Shown piece by piece: positions 26,411 through 34,806 of a DNA stretch of 43,525 nucleotides; position 1 is the stretch's first letter; each line of letters opens with the position of its first letter. The translations under genes were made by a program, and so were the position numbers. The notes beneath the pieces were generated by a model. The model saw only the letters and a list, made by a program, of their open reading frames with translations, was not told where the DNA came from and ran no database searches. This DNA is from a virus (Duplodnaviria; Caudoviricetes): positions 1-43,525 of IMG/VR virus record IMGVR_UViG_3300049782_000030; one strand, 5' to 3'.

Positions 26411-26920
26411 TTGCCGTTTCCGGAGTGGTACGCCGGGTCGCGAGTGCGAGCCAGCCTGCTGACCAAGATGCAGCCGCTGTATGTCCGCAAGGGCAGCGAC
26501 GAGTCGCGTGCGTCGAACACGACGCTGGCCAACGACTCCAGCCTGTTCCTGACGGTGGACGCGAACGCCACGTACTCGATGCAGTCGATCATCTACTACT
26601 CGACCACATCGACCGCCGACTTCAAATGCAGGTGGACGGTCCCGACCGGGTTCATGGAGTGGACCGGCGCGGGCCTGGGTGTCGGTGCGACGGGCACCTC
26701 GGGCGACGTCTACTTCAACCGGCTCATCCTGTCCAGCACTGCGCAGTTCGGCGGCGCCGACGCGACGAACACCCCGTTCATGTCGCTGACCATCCAAGGC
26801 ACCCTCAACGTCGGCGGCACCGGCGGGCTGTTCCGGTTCCAGTGGGCGCAGATCACCAGCAACGCCACCGCCACCCTGGTCCGCGGCGACTCCTACATCG
26901 TGCTGACCCGGGTCGCATGA
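26411..26920 (+). CDS. Minor tail protein
   Basis: AGGAGG RBS, TTG start; WYAGSRVRASLL..FQWAQ..VRGDSY. Confidence 0.82.
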   Translation: MPFPEWYAGSRVRASLLTKMQPLYVRKGSDESRASNTTLANDSSLFLTVDANATYSMQSIIYYSTTSTADFKCRWTVPTGFMEWTGAGLGVGATGTSGDVYFNRLILSSTAQFGGADATNTPFMSLTIQGTLNVGGTGGLFRFQWAQITSNATATLVRGDSYIVLTRVA

Positions 26921-26944
26921 TCCACCAGACAGTGAGGGGGCTCG

Positions 26945-27331
26945 GTGGCCGATGACCCTTCGACGATCGCCTGGCGCCTGGCCCAGCTGGAAACCGCCGT
27001 TCGCGATCTCGGCCAGCGGGTCGTGTCCAAGGACATCCATGGACGCGACCTGGAAGAGGTCAAGCGGCGCCTGGCCGAGATCGAGCGAGACATCGCCGAG
27101 GAGAAGCTGGCCCGCAAGGAGGCCATCGAGGCAGAACGGCAGGCCCGCGAGAAGGCCGACCAGAGCGAGAAGGAAGCCCGCGAAAAGGCCGACAAGGAGA
27201 CCGCCGACCGGCTGGACAAGGGCGGCGCGAACTGGCGCCAGGTCATCTTCAACGGCGTGCTGCCCGCCCTGTTCGTCCTCGCCAACATCATCCTCGCCGT
27301 CCTGCTCGCCCTGCGGGGTGGTGGCAAGTGA
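26945..27331 (+). CDS. Coiled-coil membrane protein (lysis cassette)
   Basis: E/K/R-rich coiled coil plus C-terminal TM helix. Confidence 0.75.
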   Translation: MADDPSTIAWRLAQLETAVRDLGQRVVSKDIHGRDLEEVKRRLAEIERDIAEEKLARKEAIEAERQAREKADQSEKEAREKADKETADRLDKGGANWRQVIFNGVLPALFVLANIILAVLLALRGGGK

Positions 27332-27864
27332 AGCGTGAGCCGCCGCCCCGGAAGCGGCGCCGGTGGTGGCTACAGACCGTCCTGGTGTGGGTGCCGGTCC
27401 TGCTGCTGACCGTCTTCATGGTGAACAAGGTCGGCGACCTGGGCGACCGGCTGGAGGTGGCCGAGCGGGAACGGCAGGCATACGAGCAGCAGCTACGCCA
27501 GCACAACATCGCTCCCAATCCCGATACCCCGGGAGCGCCTGGGGCGCCCGGCTCCCCCGGACCTCCCGGGTCCTCAGGCGCTCCCGGCTCAAGGGGCAAC
27601 CCAGGTCCCGCCGGCGGCCGCGGCCCTGCAGGTTCACCCGGATCCCCGGGACCGTCCGGCGCACCCGGGTCGAGCGGCGCACCCGGGCAGCCCGGCCAGG
27701 ACGGCACCCAGGGCCCCGCCGGGCCGCCTGGCCCGGCCGGTCCGCAGGGCGAGCCGGGGCCGCGCGGCGAGCAGGGCCCGCCCGGCGAGACCCCACAGAC
27801 CGTGTACTGCACCCCGCCGACACCGCCCCTGGGGGCGTGGACCTGCACAACGGAGGCACCGTGA
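27328..27864 (+). CDS. Membrane-anchored collagen-like protein
   Basis: N-terminal TM, 29 uninterrupted Gly-X-Y triplets, C-terminal Cys pair. Confidence 0.85.
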   Translation: MKREPPPRKRRRWWLQTVLVWVPVLLLTVFMVNKVGDLGDRLEVAERERQAYEQQLRQHNIAPNPDTPGAPGAPGSPGPPGSSGAPGSRGNPGPAGGRGPAGSPGSPGPSGAPGSSGAPGQPGQDGTQGPAGPPGPAGPQGEPGPRGEQGPPGETPQTVYCTPPTPPLGAWTCTTEAP

Positions 27865-28013
27865 CCGACCCGCCGCACGTGGACGTGCCCAACGACGACG
27901 AGGACGACGGGATGGACGTCGAGGAGATCGACGTGCCCGACGTTCCCGAGCCCGACGAGCCGGAAGACGGCGACATCGACCCTGCCGACAGCTACGCCGA
28001 GGGACGCGGATGA
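27861..28013 (+). CDS. Small highly acidic protein (50 aa)
   Basis: GGAGG RBS, GTGA and ATGA coupling; D/E/P-rich. Confidence 0.65.
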   Translation: MTDPPHVDVPNDDEDDGMDVEEIDVPDVPEPDEPEDGDIDPADSYAEGRG

Positions 28014-28801
28014 AGCTGGAGAAGCGCAGCGCGTTCGGCTGGCCGGCGACCGCCGCCGGATACGCCCCCTGCAAGAACGGCATCGTCGTCCACTACGACG
28101 GGTCCAACCAGGGCCTGGCGGGCAAGTCGCACGAGGCGTGCCGCACGTACTGGCGCAACACCCGCCGGTTCCACATGTCCAGCGCCCGCGGCTGGGCGGA
28201 CATCGGCTACTCCTTCGCTGTCTGCCCGCACGGCATCGTGATGGAGGGCCGCGGCTGGCAGAAGCAGCAGGCCGCGCAGCCCGGCGGGAACTCGACGTGG
28301 ACGAGCGTGACGTTCATGTCCGGCGACAAGGAACAACCCACGGCCGCGCAGGTCAACGCGTTCAAGGAACTGCGGGCGTGGCTGCGCGGCAAGGGCCTCG
28401 CTGCTGCGATCAAGGGTCACCGCGACTTCATCTCCACCAGCTGCCCCGGTCTGGCCCTGTACGGGCTGGTCCGCGATGGCAGCCTCACCGGATCGGTACA
28501 GGAGGACGAGGACATGCCGCTGTCGAATGAGGACCTGAACAAGATCCGCGACATCGTGTGGAACACCGACACCGCCCCGCGGCCGACCGGCTCGGCCGAG
28601 GACAACCCGACGTGGCGGCACGTGAACATCCTGCGCGACACCTACTCGGCGGTGCGGGAGGTGCAGGGCCTGGTGGTGGCGCTGGCCGGGCAGGTGCCGG
28701 ACGTGGATGAGGCGGCCATCGCCCAGCACGTGGTGAACGCGCTCCCGGAGACGCTCGCCCAGCAGGTCCTGGACGGGCTCCGCGCCCGCCTGGAGTCCTG
28801 A
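28010..28801 (+). CDS. Endolysin, N-acetylmuramoyl-L-alanine amidase (PGRP/Amidase_2)
   Basis: IVVHY..RGWADIGYSF..EGRG..GHRDFISTSCPG. Confidence 0.93.
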   Translation: MKLEKRSAFGWPATAAGYAPCKNGIVVHYDGSNQGLAGKSHEACRTYWRNTRRFHMSSARGWADIGYSFAVCPHGIVMEGRGWQKQQAAQPGGNSTWTSVTFMSGDKEQPTAAQVNAFKELRAWLRGKGLAAAIKGHRDFISTSCPGLALYGLVRDGSLTGSVQEDEDMPLSNEDLNKIRDIVWNTDTAPRPTGSAEDNPTWRHVNILRDTYSAVREVQGLVVALAGQVPDVDEAAIAQHVVNALPETLAQQVLDGLRARLES

Positions 28802-29004
28802 TGGCCGCCGAGACCGCACCGGCGGAAACGGGCGTCGACAGCCTGGGCGGGCAGATCCTCCACTGCGCGAAGCCGATGGCCAAGCGGTCCGAGCGCGTGA
28901 CGTGGACGGGCAAGCCCGGCGAGGGTGCCCAGTACACCACGATCGACCTGCGGTGCGGCAAGTGCGGCGCCACAGGGACGCTCACCCTCACCGAGGAGTG
29001 CTGA
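28801..29004 (+). CDS. Small zinc-ribbon-like protein
   Basis: HCAKPM..CGKCGA; TGATG coupling. Confidence 0.65.
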   Translation: MAAETAPAETGVDSLGGQILHCAKPMAKRSERVTWTGKPGEGAQYTTIDLRCGKCGATGTLTLTEEC

Positions 29005-29005
29005 C

Positions 29006-29090
29006 CCGGGCCGTCTTGCATCTGTGCTTATAAAAGAAGCAACTCGGCCGAGACGGGCGAAATATAAGCAGCCACGGCCCGGATGCACGG
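29006..29090. ncRNA. Candidate structured RNA / cis-regulatory element
   Basis: Four interleaved complementary pairs in an AT-rich intergenic gap (see findings). Confidence 0.35.
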
Positions 29091-29147
29091 CGCGCCCCTC
29101 CAACGTGGCGGCACCGGCCGCCCTGTGACCTGAGGAGGTCGCCACCC

Positions 29148-29378
29148 GTGATGGACCTGACCGACCGGCACCCCGGCACGCAGCAGATCGCCCGCTACTT
29201 CGGCTACGAGCACCTGAAGACGCCGCTGCGCGAGGTCTCCCGGCAGTGCCACGACCTCGCCGAGCAGATGATCGTCACCCTGCCGGACGGCCCTGAACTG
29301 ACGGCGGGGCTCCGCAAATTGCTGGAGGCGAAGGACTGCTTCGTCCGGGCCGCGCTCGACACCGCCCAGGAGGGCTGA
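29148..29378 (+). CDS. Small helical-hairpin protein, Acb2/Tad1-like by eye
   Basis: GAGGAGG RBS; YFGYEHL..DLAEQM..LPDGPELTAGLRKLLEAKDCFVRAAL. Confidence 0.6.
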   Translation: MMDLTDRHPGTQQIARYFGYEHLKTPLREVSRQCHDLAEQMIVTLPDGPELTAGLRKLLEAKDCFVRAALDTAQEG

Positions 29379-29381
29379 CTC

Positions 29382-29735
29382 ATGAGGATCTTCGGCTTGG
29401 AACCGGCCGTCATCGCCTACGCGGTGAACGCGTTCGTCGCCATGCTCGTCGCCTGGGGCCTCGGCCTGGACGAGGCCATGGTCGACGCGATCTCGGTCAT
29501 CACCACCGCTCTACTCGCGGCGGTCGTCGCTGCGATGACGAGGCCGGTCGTGGTGCCCACGCTGGCCGGCGCGGCGGCCACCATCCTGACGGCGTTCGCC
29601 GCCTTCGGCTGGGACCTGAGCGCGAACGCGATCAGCACGAGCGTCACGGCGGGGAGCATCGTGCTGGCGCTGCTGCTCCGGCAGAACGTGTCCCCGGCGC
29701 CGGTCGTGGCGAAGGTGGGGCCGCCTCGGGCCTGA
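29382..29735 (+). CDS. Holin
   Basis: MRIFGLEPA start, 3-4 TM helices, RQNVSP end; last gene of the late operon. Confidence 0.82.
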   Translation: MRIFGLEPAVIAYAVNAFVAMLVAWGLGLDEAMVDAISVITTALLAAVVAAMTRPVVVPTLAGAAATILTAFAAFGWDLSANAISTSVTAGSIVLALLLRQNVSPAPVVAKVGPPRA

Positions 29736-29776
29736 CATCGCCTGGCCTCGTCGGCGCGTAGGGAAGCGCGCCGCAC

Positions 29777-29819
29777 ACGAACGCCCCGTCTCCTCCGGGA
29801 GTCGGGGCGTTTCGTCGTG
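29777..29819. terminator. Intrinsic terminator ending the late operon (likely bidirectional)
   Basis: AACGCCCCG-T-CTCC/GGAG-T-CGGGGCGTT stem followed by TCGTCGTG between convergent genes. Confidence 0.8.
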
Positions 29820-29828
29820 GGTGGCGGC

Positions 29829-29975
29829 CTACTCCTGGTGAGCGTAGTAATCGGCCCAATCCGGTTCCCCGCGGCTTTCCTTCCACGCCTGGAGGACGTC
29901 GTCGGCGTGCCGGTCCTCCTCGGCCCAGCGCGCTTCCCGCTCCTCGAGGGTCTCTTCGGTCACGGGCTGATCCAT
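29829..29975 (-). CDS. Small acidic hypothetical protein (48 aa)
   Basis: AAGGAG RBS before ATG 29975; MDQPVTEETLEEREARW.. Confidence 0.65.
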   Translation of the reverse strand: MDQPVTEETLEEREARWAEEDRHADDVLQAWKESRGEPDWADYYAHQE

Positions 29976-30001
29976 GGCACTCCTTCGGGTGTTGTCGTCG
30001 G

Positions 30002-30412
30002 TCAGCGGATGCTCTCGGGGTCGACCACGATCACCTTGGCCGGATCCGCGTGGTCGAGCACCTCCTCGATGGGCGTCTGCCGCGTCCATTCGCCGGGCGG
30101 CAGCGGCTGGACCGGCAGCGTCTGGGCCCCGAGCTGGTCGGCGACGTGCGCGGCCCAGGCGTCCATCGCCGGGTAGTCGTCCTTGGTGAATCGCTCGTGC
30201 TCGAACCGCTCCGGCTTGACGAAGTCGGCGAGGCGGGGGTGCTGCTCCAGCAGCCACGGCCGGCTCACCGTCACGGCCCGGATGGCCGTGACCACGTCCA
30301 TGGGCTGCCCGGTGAGGTGGGTGAGGATGTCCAGGTAGGGGTCCAGGCCGCTGGGCAGGCCATGGGTGACCGACAGCACCGTGTAAACCTCGAACTGGCG
30401 GGGCTGGGACAT
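30002..30412 (-). CDS. Hypothetical protein (DUF7736-like)
   Basis: GAGGAG RBS; VLSVTHG..ILTHLTG..PWLLEQHPRL. Confidence 0.75.
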   Translation of the reverse strand: MSQPRQFEVYTVLSVTHGLPSGLDPYLDILTHLTGQPMDVVTAIRAVTVSRPWLLEQHPRLADFVKPERFEHERFTKDDYPAMDAWAAHVADQLGAQTLPVQPLPPGEWTRQTPIEEVLDHADPAKVIVVDPESIR

Positions 30413-30537
30413 GACGACTCCTCAGAGAGCGGTGGTGGCGCGGCTTTCTCCAGCGTCCCAACAGGGGGATGGAAAGGGGGCTGATCCGCGGAGATGTCAA
30501 GTTTTTGTCAACGTTCTGCGGCACGTAGGGCGAAACG

Positions 30538-30578
30538 CGAAAGGCCCGCCTCCTTCGGGAGGCGGGCCTTTCGTCGTG
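30538..30578. terminator. Intrinsic terminator hairpin
   Basis: CGAAAGGCCCGCCTCC-TTCG-GGAGGCGGGCCTTTCG, 16-bp perfect stem. Confidence 0.85.
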
Positions 30579-30792
30579 CCCGGGTGGGGACGACCGGCCG
30601 CTCCCCCGACCGGCCGCCCCCTGTGAGCCTCGGCCGCCCCCTCCCCGGAGTGGATGGACTGGCCAGCCAAGGCCCACGCCGAGCCGTACGGCCGCGCGGG
30701 GATAGTCGTCCACGGGGAGGGTGAACGCACACGGCCGTACGACGTTGGAACCGCGGCCCCAGGCGCGCGCCGTTGGCCTGGGGCCGCGGGGT

Positions 30793-30957
30793 CTACTCGG
30801 CGCCCGACTCCGGCTGAGGCGCAGGCTCAGAGATGATCTGCTCCAGGAGCGCGATCGTCTTCGGGTCGCCGCCCGGGTTGCGCACAGTGGGGATGTTGTC
30901 CAGCCATGCGTCGAACGCGGCAGCCTTGCGCGCCAGGCGCTCGTCCTCGTCGCTCAT
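30793..30957 (-). CDS. Small hypothetical protein (54 aa)
   Basis: ATGA coupling to the upstream gene; MSDEDERLARKAAAFDAWLD. Confidence 0.65.
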   Translation of the reverse strand: MSDEDERLARKAAAFDAWLDNIPTVRNPGGDPKTIALLEQIISEPAPQPESGAE

Positions 30958-31271
30958 GAGGGCCTCACGACCCGGCGAATCTCCTGGCCCGTGTTCACCA
31001 GTCCCTTGATGGCCGTGACCACGTCCGGGTAGTTGTCGCACTCGGCGAGCGGGTCGCCCTCGAAGGTGAGGAACCACATGCGGTCGCCGTCGTCGCTACG
31101 CTCCCGGGCGACGACCGTCGTGTTGGGCTCGTCCGCGTCAGGTGTGGTGATGTACAGCCCGTTGTCGGTCATCTCGGCGTGCAGCTTGTGCGCCCGCAGG
31201 ACGGTGCCCAGCGCTTCCAGCAGGGGCCTGCGGTCCGGAGTCACGTTCTCGGCGGCTGTTCTCTGCGTCAC
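30954..31271 (-). CDS. Hypothetical protein
   Basis: ARERSDDGDRMWFLTFEGDPLAE motif; divergent from the XRE regulator. Confidence 0.7.
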   Translation of the reverse strand: MTQRTAAENVTPDRRPLLEALGTVLRAHKLHAEMTDNGLYITTPDADEPNTTVVARERSDDGDRMWFLTFEGDPLAECDNYPDVVTAIKGLVNTGQEIRRVVRPS

Positions 31272-31321
31272 ACGTCACACAATGGGCCCCGCTGGCAACC
31301 CAGGGCGATGACACCCCTGGA

Positions 31322-31372
31322 CATCTACCGACATCTATCGGCCATGAGCCTGCCGCCGGATGTCGGTAGATG
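31322..31372. promoter_or_regulatory. 14-bp inverted repeat, likely operator of the XRE regulator
   Basis: CATCTACCGACATC (31322-31335) / GATGTCGGTAGATG (31359-31372) in a divergent intergenic region. Confidence 0.65.
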
Positions 31373-31385
31373 GCAGCATCACTGC

Positions 31386-32117
31386 ATGAACGAGCGACTC
31401 CGCCGCGCGATCCTCCGCCGCGGCTTGGACATCGCCGACATCGCCGAGATGGCCCAGGTCAGCGTCAAGAGCGTCGAACGGTGGTTGGCCGAGACCTCTG
31501 TGCCTTACCCCCGTACCCGCTACCGGGTCGCCGCGATCCTGCAAGAGGATGAGTCGTACCTGTGGCCGAACAGCGTCGACAAGGCATCCCTCACCGGCGC
31601 CGAGCTGGTCTCCACCTGGCCGCGCCGGTCCGACGTCCCCCGGCACCTGTGGACCGAACTCCTCCGCCAGGCCGAGCGGAACGTCGACTACCTCGCGTAC
31701 GCGGGCCTGTTCCTCACCGAGGAGCATCCTGACTGGATCCCACTCCTGCAACGGCGTGCGCAGGCCGGCGCCCGCGTGCGACTCCTGATCGGGGATCCGG
31801 AGGGCGAGCAGCTGCGCGCCCGTGACGGTGAGGAGAAGATCGGCGGGGGCGTCGCCGGGCGGGTGGCGGCCGTGCTCGGCTACTACCGGCCGCTGGCCGG
31901 GCTCGTGCAGATCAGACTGCACGACACCCCGCTCTACAACTCGATCTACCGGTTCGATGACGAGATGCTCGTCAACGCGCACGTGTACGGGATCCTCGCG
32001 GCCTACACCCCGACGATGCACCTCCGCCGGGTGGACGGCGCATACTTCAATACCTACCTGGAGAGCTTCGAGCGGGTGTGGGCGTCGGCCCGGCCGCTGG
32101 ACGGGGGCGAGGGATGA
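31386..32117 (+). CDS. XRE-family regulator with DUF5919 (PLD-like) C-terminal domain
   Basis: MNERLRRAI..VSVKSVERW HTH; LHDTPLYNSIYRFDDEMLVNAHVYG..SFERVW. Confidence 0.88.
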   Translation: MNERLRRAILRRGLDIADIAEMAQVSVKSVERWLAETSVPYPRTRYRVAAILQEDESYLWPNSVDKASLTGAELVSTWPRRSDVPRHLWTELLRQAERNVDYLAYAGLFLTEEHPDWIPLLQRRAQAGARVRLLIGDPEGEQLRARDGEEKIGGGVAGRVAAVLGYYRPLAGLVQIRLHDTPLYNSIYRFDDEMLVNAHVYGILAAYTPTMHLRRVDGAYFNTYLESFERVWASARPLDGGEG

Positions 32118-32608
32118 GCCCGAAGAAGACGAAGCGGGTCGATCACTGGCGGGACCCGGATGCCCCCAAGCCGACCAGTCGCAAGCCGTCAGCGAGTGCG
32201 CTGGTGCGGGACGAGGCCGGCCGCGTGCTGCTGCTCCGCCGCCCCGACAACAACCTGTGGACCATCCCCACCGGCGGCCTGAAGAAGGGGGAGACCGTCC
32301 GGGAGTGCGCGGTCCGGGAGTGCCGGGAGGAGACCGGCATCGAGATCGAGACCGGCGCTCTTGTGGGCGTGTTCACCACCCCGGATCACGTCATCGAGTA
32401 CATCAAGGGCGGCAAGGTGGACGAGGTCCGCCAGCCGGTGAACGTGTGCCTTCACGCCCGCCCGATCGGTGGCGATCTGACCACGACGGACGAGGCGTCC
32501 GAGGTGCGCTGGGTCGACCCGGCCGACCTTGCGGGCTATGAGATCCACCCGGCGTTGCGGCGCCGTATCGACCACGGCCTCACCTCGGACGTCCCGCACG
32601 TTGACTAG
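32114..32608 (+). CDS. NUDIX hydrolase
   Basis: Nudix box GGLKKGETVRECAVRECREETG; ATGA-coupled to the regulator. Confidence 0.92.
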   Translation: MSPKKTKRVDHWRDPDAPKPTSRKPSASALVRDEAGRVLLLRRPDNNLWTIPTGGLKKGETVRECAVRECREETGIEIETGALVGVFTTPDHVIEYIKGGKVDEVRQPVNVCLHARPIGGDLTTTDEASEVRWVDPADLAGYEIHPALRRRIDHGLTSDVPHVD

Positions 32609-32612
32609 CCGG

Positions 32613-32921
32613 TCACCATCCGGCCAGGTGTCGGAGGTAGGGCCACAGGTCCCACAGGATGATCGCGACGGCGACGAGGATGCACGCGGCCGTGACCCGC
32701 ATGACGTTGATCAGCAGGGCCCGGCCGATCGACTCGGCCGCCGGCTCGACGGGCTCGTGGGCGTAGGGGTAGAGGTAGCCCGTGGCCTCCTCGCGCATAA
32801 TCGCCGGGAAGGCTTCGTGGTCGCCGCCGCAGCGGCGCCAGGCTCGGCGGCGGGCGTAGTAGAGACCGAGGCGCCGTCCCCTGCCTCGGGCGTGGCGGGC
32901 GTCGTGCGGGCCGGTGACCAT
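32613..32921 (-). CDS. Hypothetical membrane protein
   Basis: GAGGAG RBS before ATG 32921; C-terminal TM helix. Confidence 0.55.
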   Translation of the reverse strand: MVTGPHDARHARGRGRRLGLYYARRRAWRRCGGDHEAFPAIMREEATGYLYPYAHEPVEPAAESIGRALLINVMRVTAACILVAVAIILWDLWPYLRHLAGW

Positions 32922-33185
32922 GGACTTCTCCTCGCGGACGGCCCCCGCGCAGATGACAGATACGGTCGCGATTCCTGGTTCGTGACGCATCGCATTTGAC
33001 CAGGCCATCGGCCTAGCTAGAACGCCGTGAACGCCGCGCTACGGGCACCTGTATCCATCATCTTTGCTGGGGTCTTGCGGTACTGTTCTGTGACGTTACG
33101 CTGCCAGGACTCCATTCGGCAACCGCCGCCGATCGTCGAATGCGGCTAGTACGCCGGATACGGTCCCCACTACGTGAGGTCCCTC

Positions 33186-34103
33186 ATGACCACTCCCCCC
33201 AACGCGGCCGACGACATCGAGCAACTCCTCACCTCCTACAAGCGGTACCTGCGCGCCAGCAACCTGTCCGACCACACCCTGCGCACCTACGGGCAGTCGG
33301 TGAACGCCTTCGTGCGCTACCTGCGCTCGCTGCCGGAGCCGCCCGCCGCGCTCGAGGACATCGAGCGCTCCCACATCCAGGACTGGCTCGAGGAGCTGAC
33401 GGCGGCCGCGCCCGGCTCCTCCACCCACCTGACCCGCTTCACCCAGGTCCGCACCTTCTTCCTGTGGCTGGTGGACGAGGGCGAGTTGGAGGCGGCCCCG
33501 ACCAAGGGGATGCGCGACCCGAAGGTCACCGCCAAGCCGGTCCCGGTGGTGGCCGCCGACCTCCTGCAGAGGCTGCTGAAGACGTGCGGGAACGACTTCG
33601 AGGGGCGCCGCGACGAGGCCCTGATGCGCGCCTACGCCGACGGCGGCATGCGGCTGAACGAGTGCCTGGCGCTGGAGCTGGAGCACGTCGACATGGACCA
33701 GCAGGTGTTCTGGGTGCACGGCAAGGGCGACAAGGTGCGGGCGGTGCCGTTCGGGCTGAAGACGGCGCGCGCCCTCGACCGGTACCTGCGGGCCCGGCGC
33801 AAGCATCCGGAGGCGGGCGCTACCAAGCGCGTGTGGGTGGGCACCAAGGGGCCGCTCGGGGAGTCCGGTGTGCGGCACATGCTGCACCGCCGCTGCGATG
33901 CCGCCGAGGTGGAGCGCATACACCCGCACCAGCTGAGGCACACCGCGGCGCACGAGCTGCGCAAGGCCGGAATGAACGACCAGGACATGAAGCGCATCTT
34001 CGGGTGGCGGTCGAACAAGATGCTGGAGCGCTACGGCGAGTCAGCCGCCGATGAGCGAGCGAGGGAGGCCCATCGGCGGCTGAGCTTCGGCGACCGGCTG
34101 TAG
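33186..34103 (+). CDS. int: Tyrosine integrase (XerC-like)
   Basis: Catalytic R (GMRLNE), K (HGKGDK), HQLRH, FGW, Y (ERYG). Confidence 0.95.
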   Translation: MTTPPNAADDIEQLLTSYKRYLRASNLSDHTLRTYGQSVNAFVRYLRSLPEPPAALEDIERSHIQDWLEELTAAAPGSSTHLTRFTQVRTFFLWLVDEGELEAAPTKGMRDPKVTAKPVPVVAADLLQRLLKTCGNDFEGRRDEALMRAYADGGMRLNECLALELEHVDMDQQVFWVHGKGDKVRAVPFGLKTARALDRYLRARRKHPEAGATKRVWVGTKGPLGESGVRHMLHRRCDAAEVERIHPHQLRHTAAHELRKAGMNDQDMKRIFGWRSNKMLERYGESAADERAREAHRRLSFGDRL

Positions 34104-34104
34104 G

Positions 34105-34524
34105 TCAGTTCCGGTGGATATGCGCCACGCCACCGGTGCCTGTCGCCCGGTCGGCCATCTCCCGGAACGTCTGGATGATGTGCCGCTCCCCGGCCTCCAG
34201 GTCGTTCACCCGTCCATTGAGCCCGGCGAGGATGTCGACGAGGCTGTAGTAGAGACCTCCTTCCTGCCGGCCGCGCAGCAGGGCGATGTAGGCCCCGGCG
34301 GCGACGCCGGTGGATACGCCGCCCAGGCCGGCCAGAGTGCAGCCTGCGACGAACCACCGCAGGTCGTGCTCCCATCCCCCGATGAAGGTGAAGGCGATGC
34401 CGGCGACCCAGAGGGCGACGGCGAGAGTGATGGTGACGCGGCGCAGAATCCGGAGCGCGGTTTCTGGATCATCGGGCCGAGGGTGGTCACTGTCCGTGTG
34501 CGCGCTGGGGTCCTGCCTGGGCAT
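34105..34524 (-). CDS. Two-TM membrane protein (possible superinfection exclusion / lysogenic conversion)
   Basis: GAAAGGGGAG RBS 9 nt before ATG 34524; two TM helices and short coiled coil; same strand as the repressor. Confidence 0.7.
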   Translation of the reverse strand: MPRQDPSAHTDSDHPRPDDPETALRILRRVTITLAVALWVAGIAFTFIGGWEHDLRWFVAGCTLAGLGGVSTGVAAGAYIALLRGRQEGGLYYSLVDILAGLNGRVNDLEAGERHIIQTFREMADRATGTGGVAHIHRN

Positions 34525-34556
34525 GGGTGTCGGCTCCCCTTTCAAAACAGACCTCC

Positions 34557-34574
34557 GGGGGGGGGGGGGGGGGG
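34557..34574. repeat. G18 homopolymer tract
   Basis: 18 consecutive G, 32 nt upstream of the 34524 start (C18 on the coding strand). Confidence 0.9.
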
Positions 34575-34806
34575 TATCGTCGCCGAGTCTTTTTGCGGGG
34601 AGCGAGCGGGATGGACCGGTCCCGATACACCATTCAGTTGTGACCCTCCGTGATCAACAAGCGATCCGGAACGGGTCACAGAAGTATGTGACGCTGGGCC
34701 ACGAAAAGGGAACCCTAAGCAAGTTTCGGCTTTGGGCGGGGTGACAACTACGTCCAGCCATACGCGGGGTTACAGCAGGTCAAAAGGAGTTTTGGCGCCC
34801 GCCCGG

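Noticed and set aside
23691-26920. Diversity-generating retroelement or invertible tail cassette
   Set aside because: No reverse transcriptase, template/variable repeat pair or invertase seen
29006-29090. Hammerhead or HDV ribozyme identity for the structured element
   Set aside because: No CUGANGA core, and no P4 or catalytic J4/2 segment despite pseudoknot-like order
30590-30650. Three GGCCGC(T)CCCC repeats
   Set aside because: Short low-complexity GC motif with no supporting context
32940-33170. tRNA gene or tRNA-derived att core next to the integrase
   Set aside because: No cloverleaf or T-arm/acceptor-stem fragment recognisable
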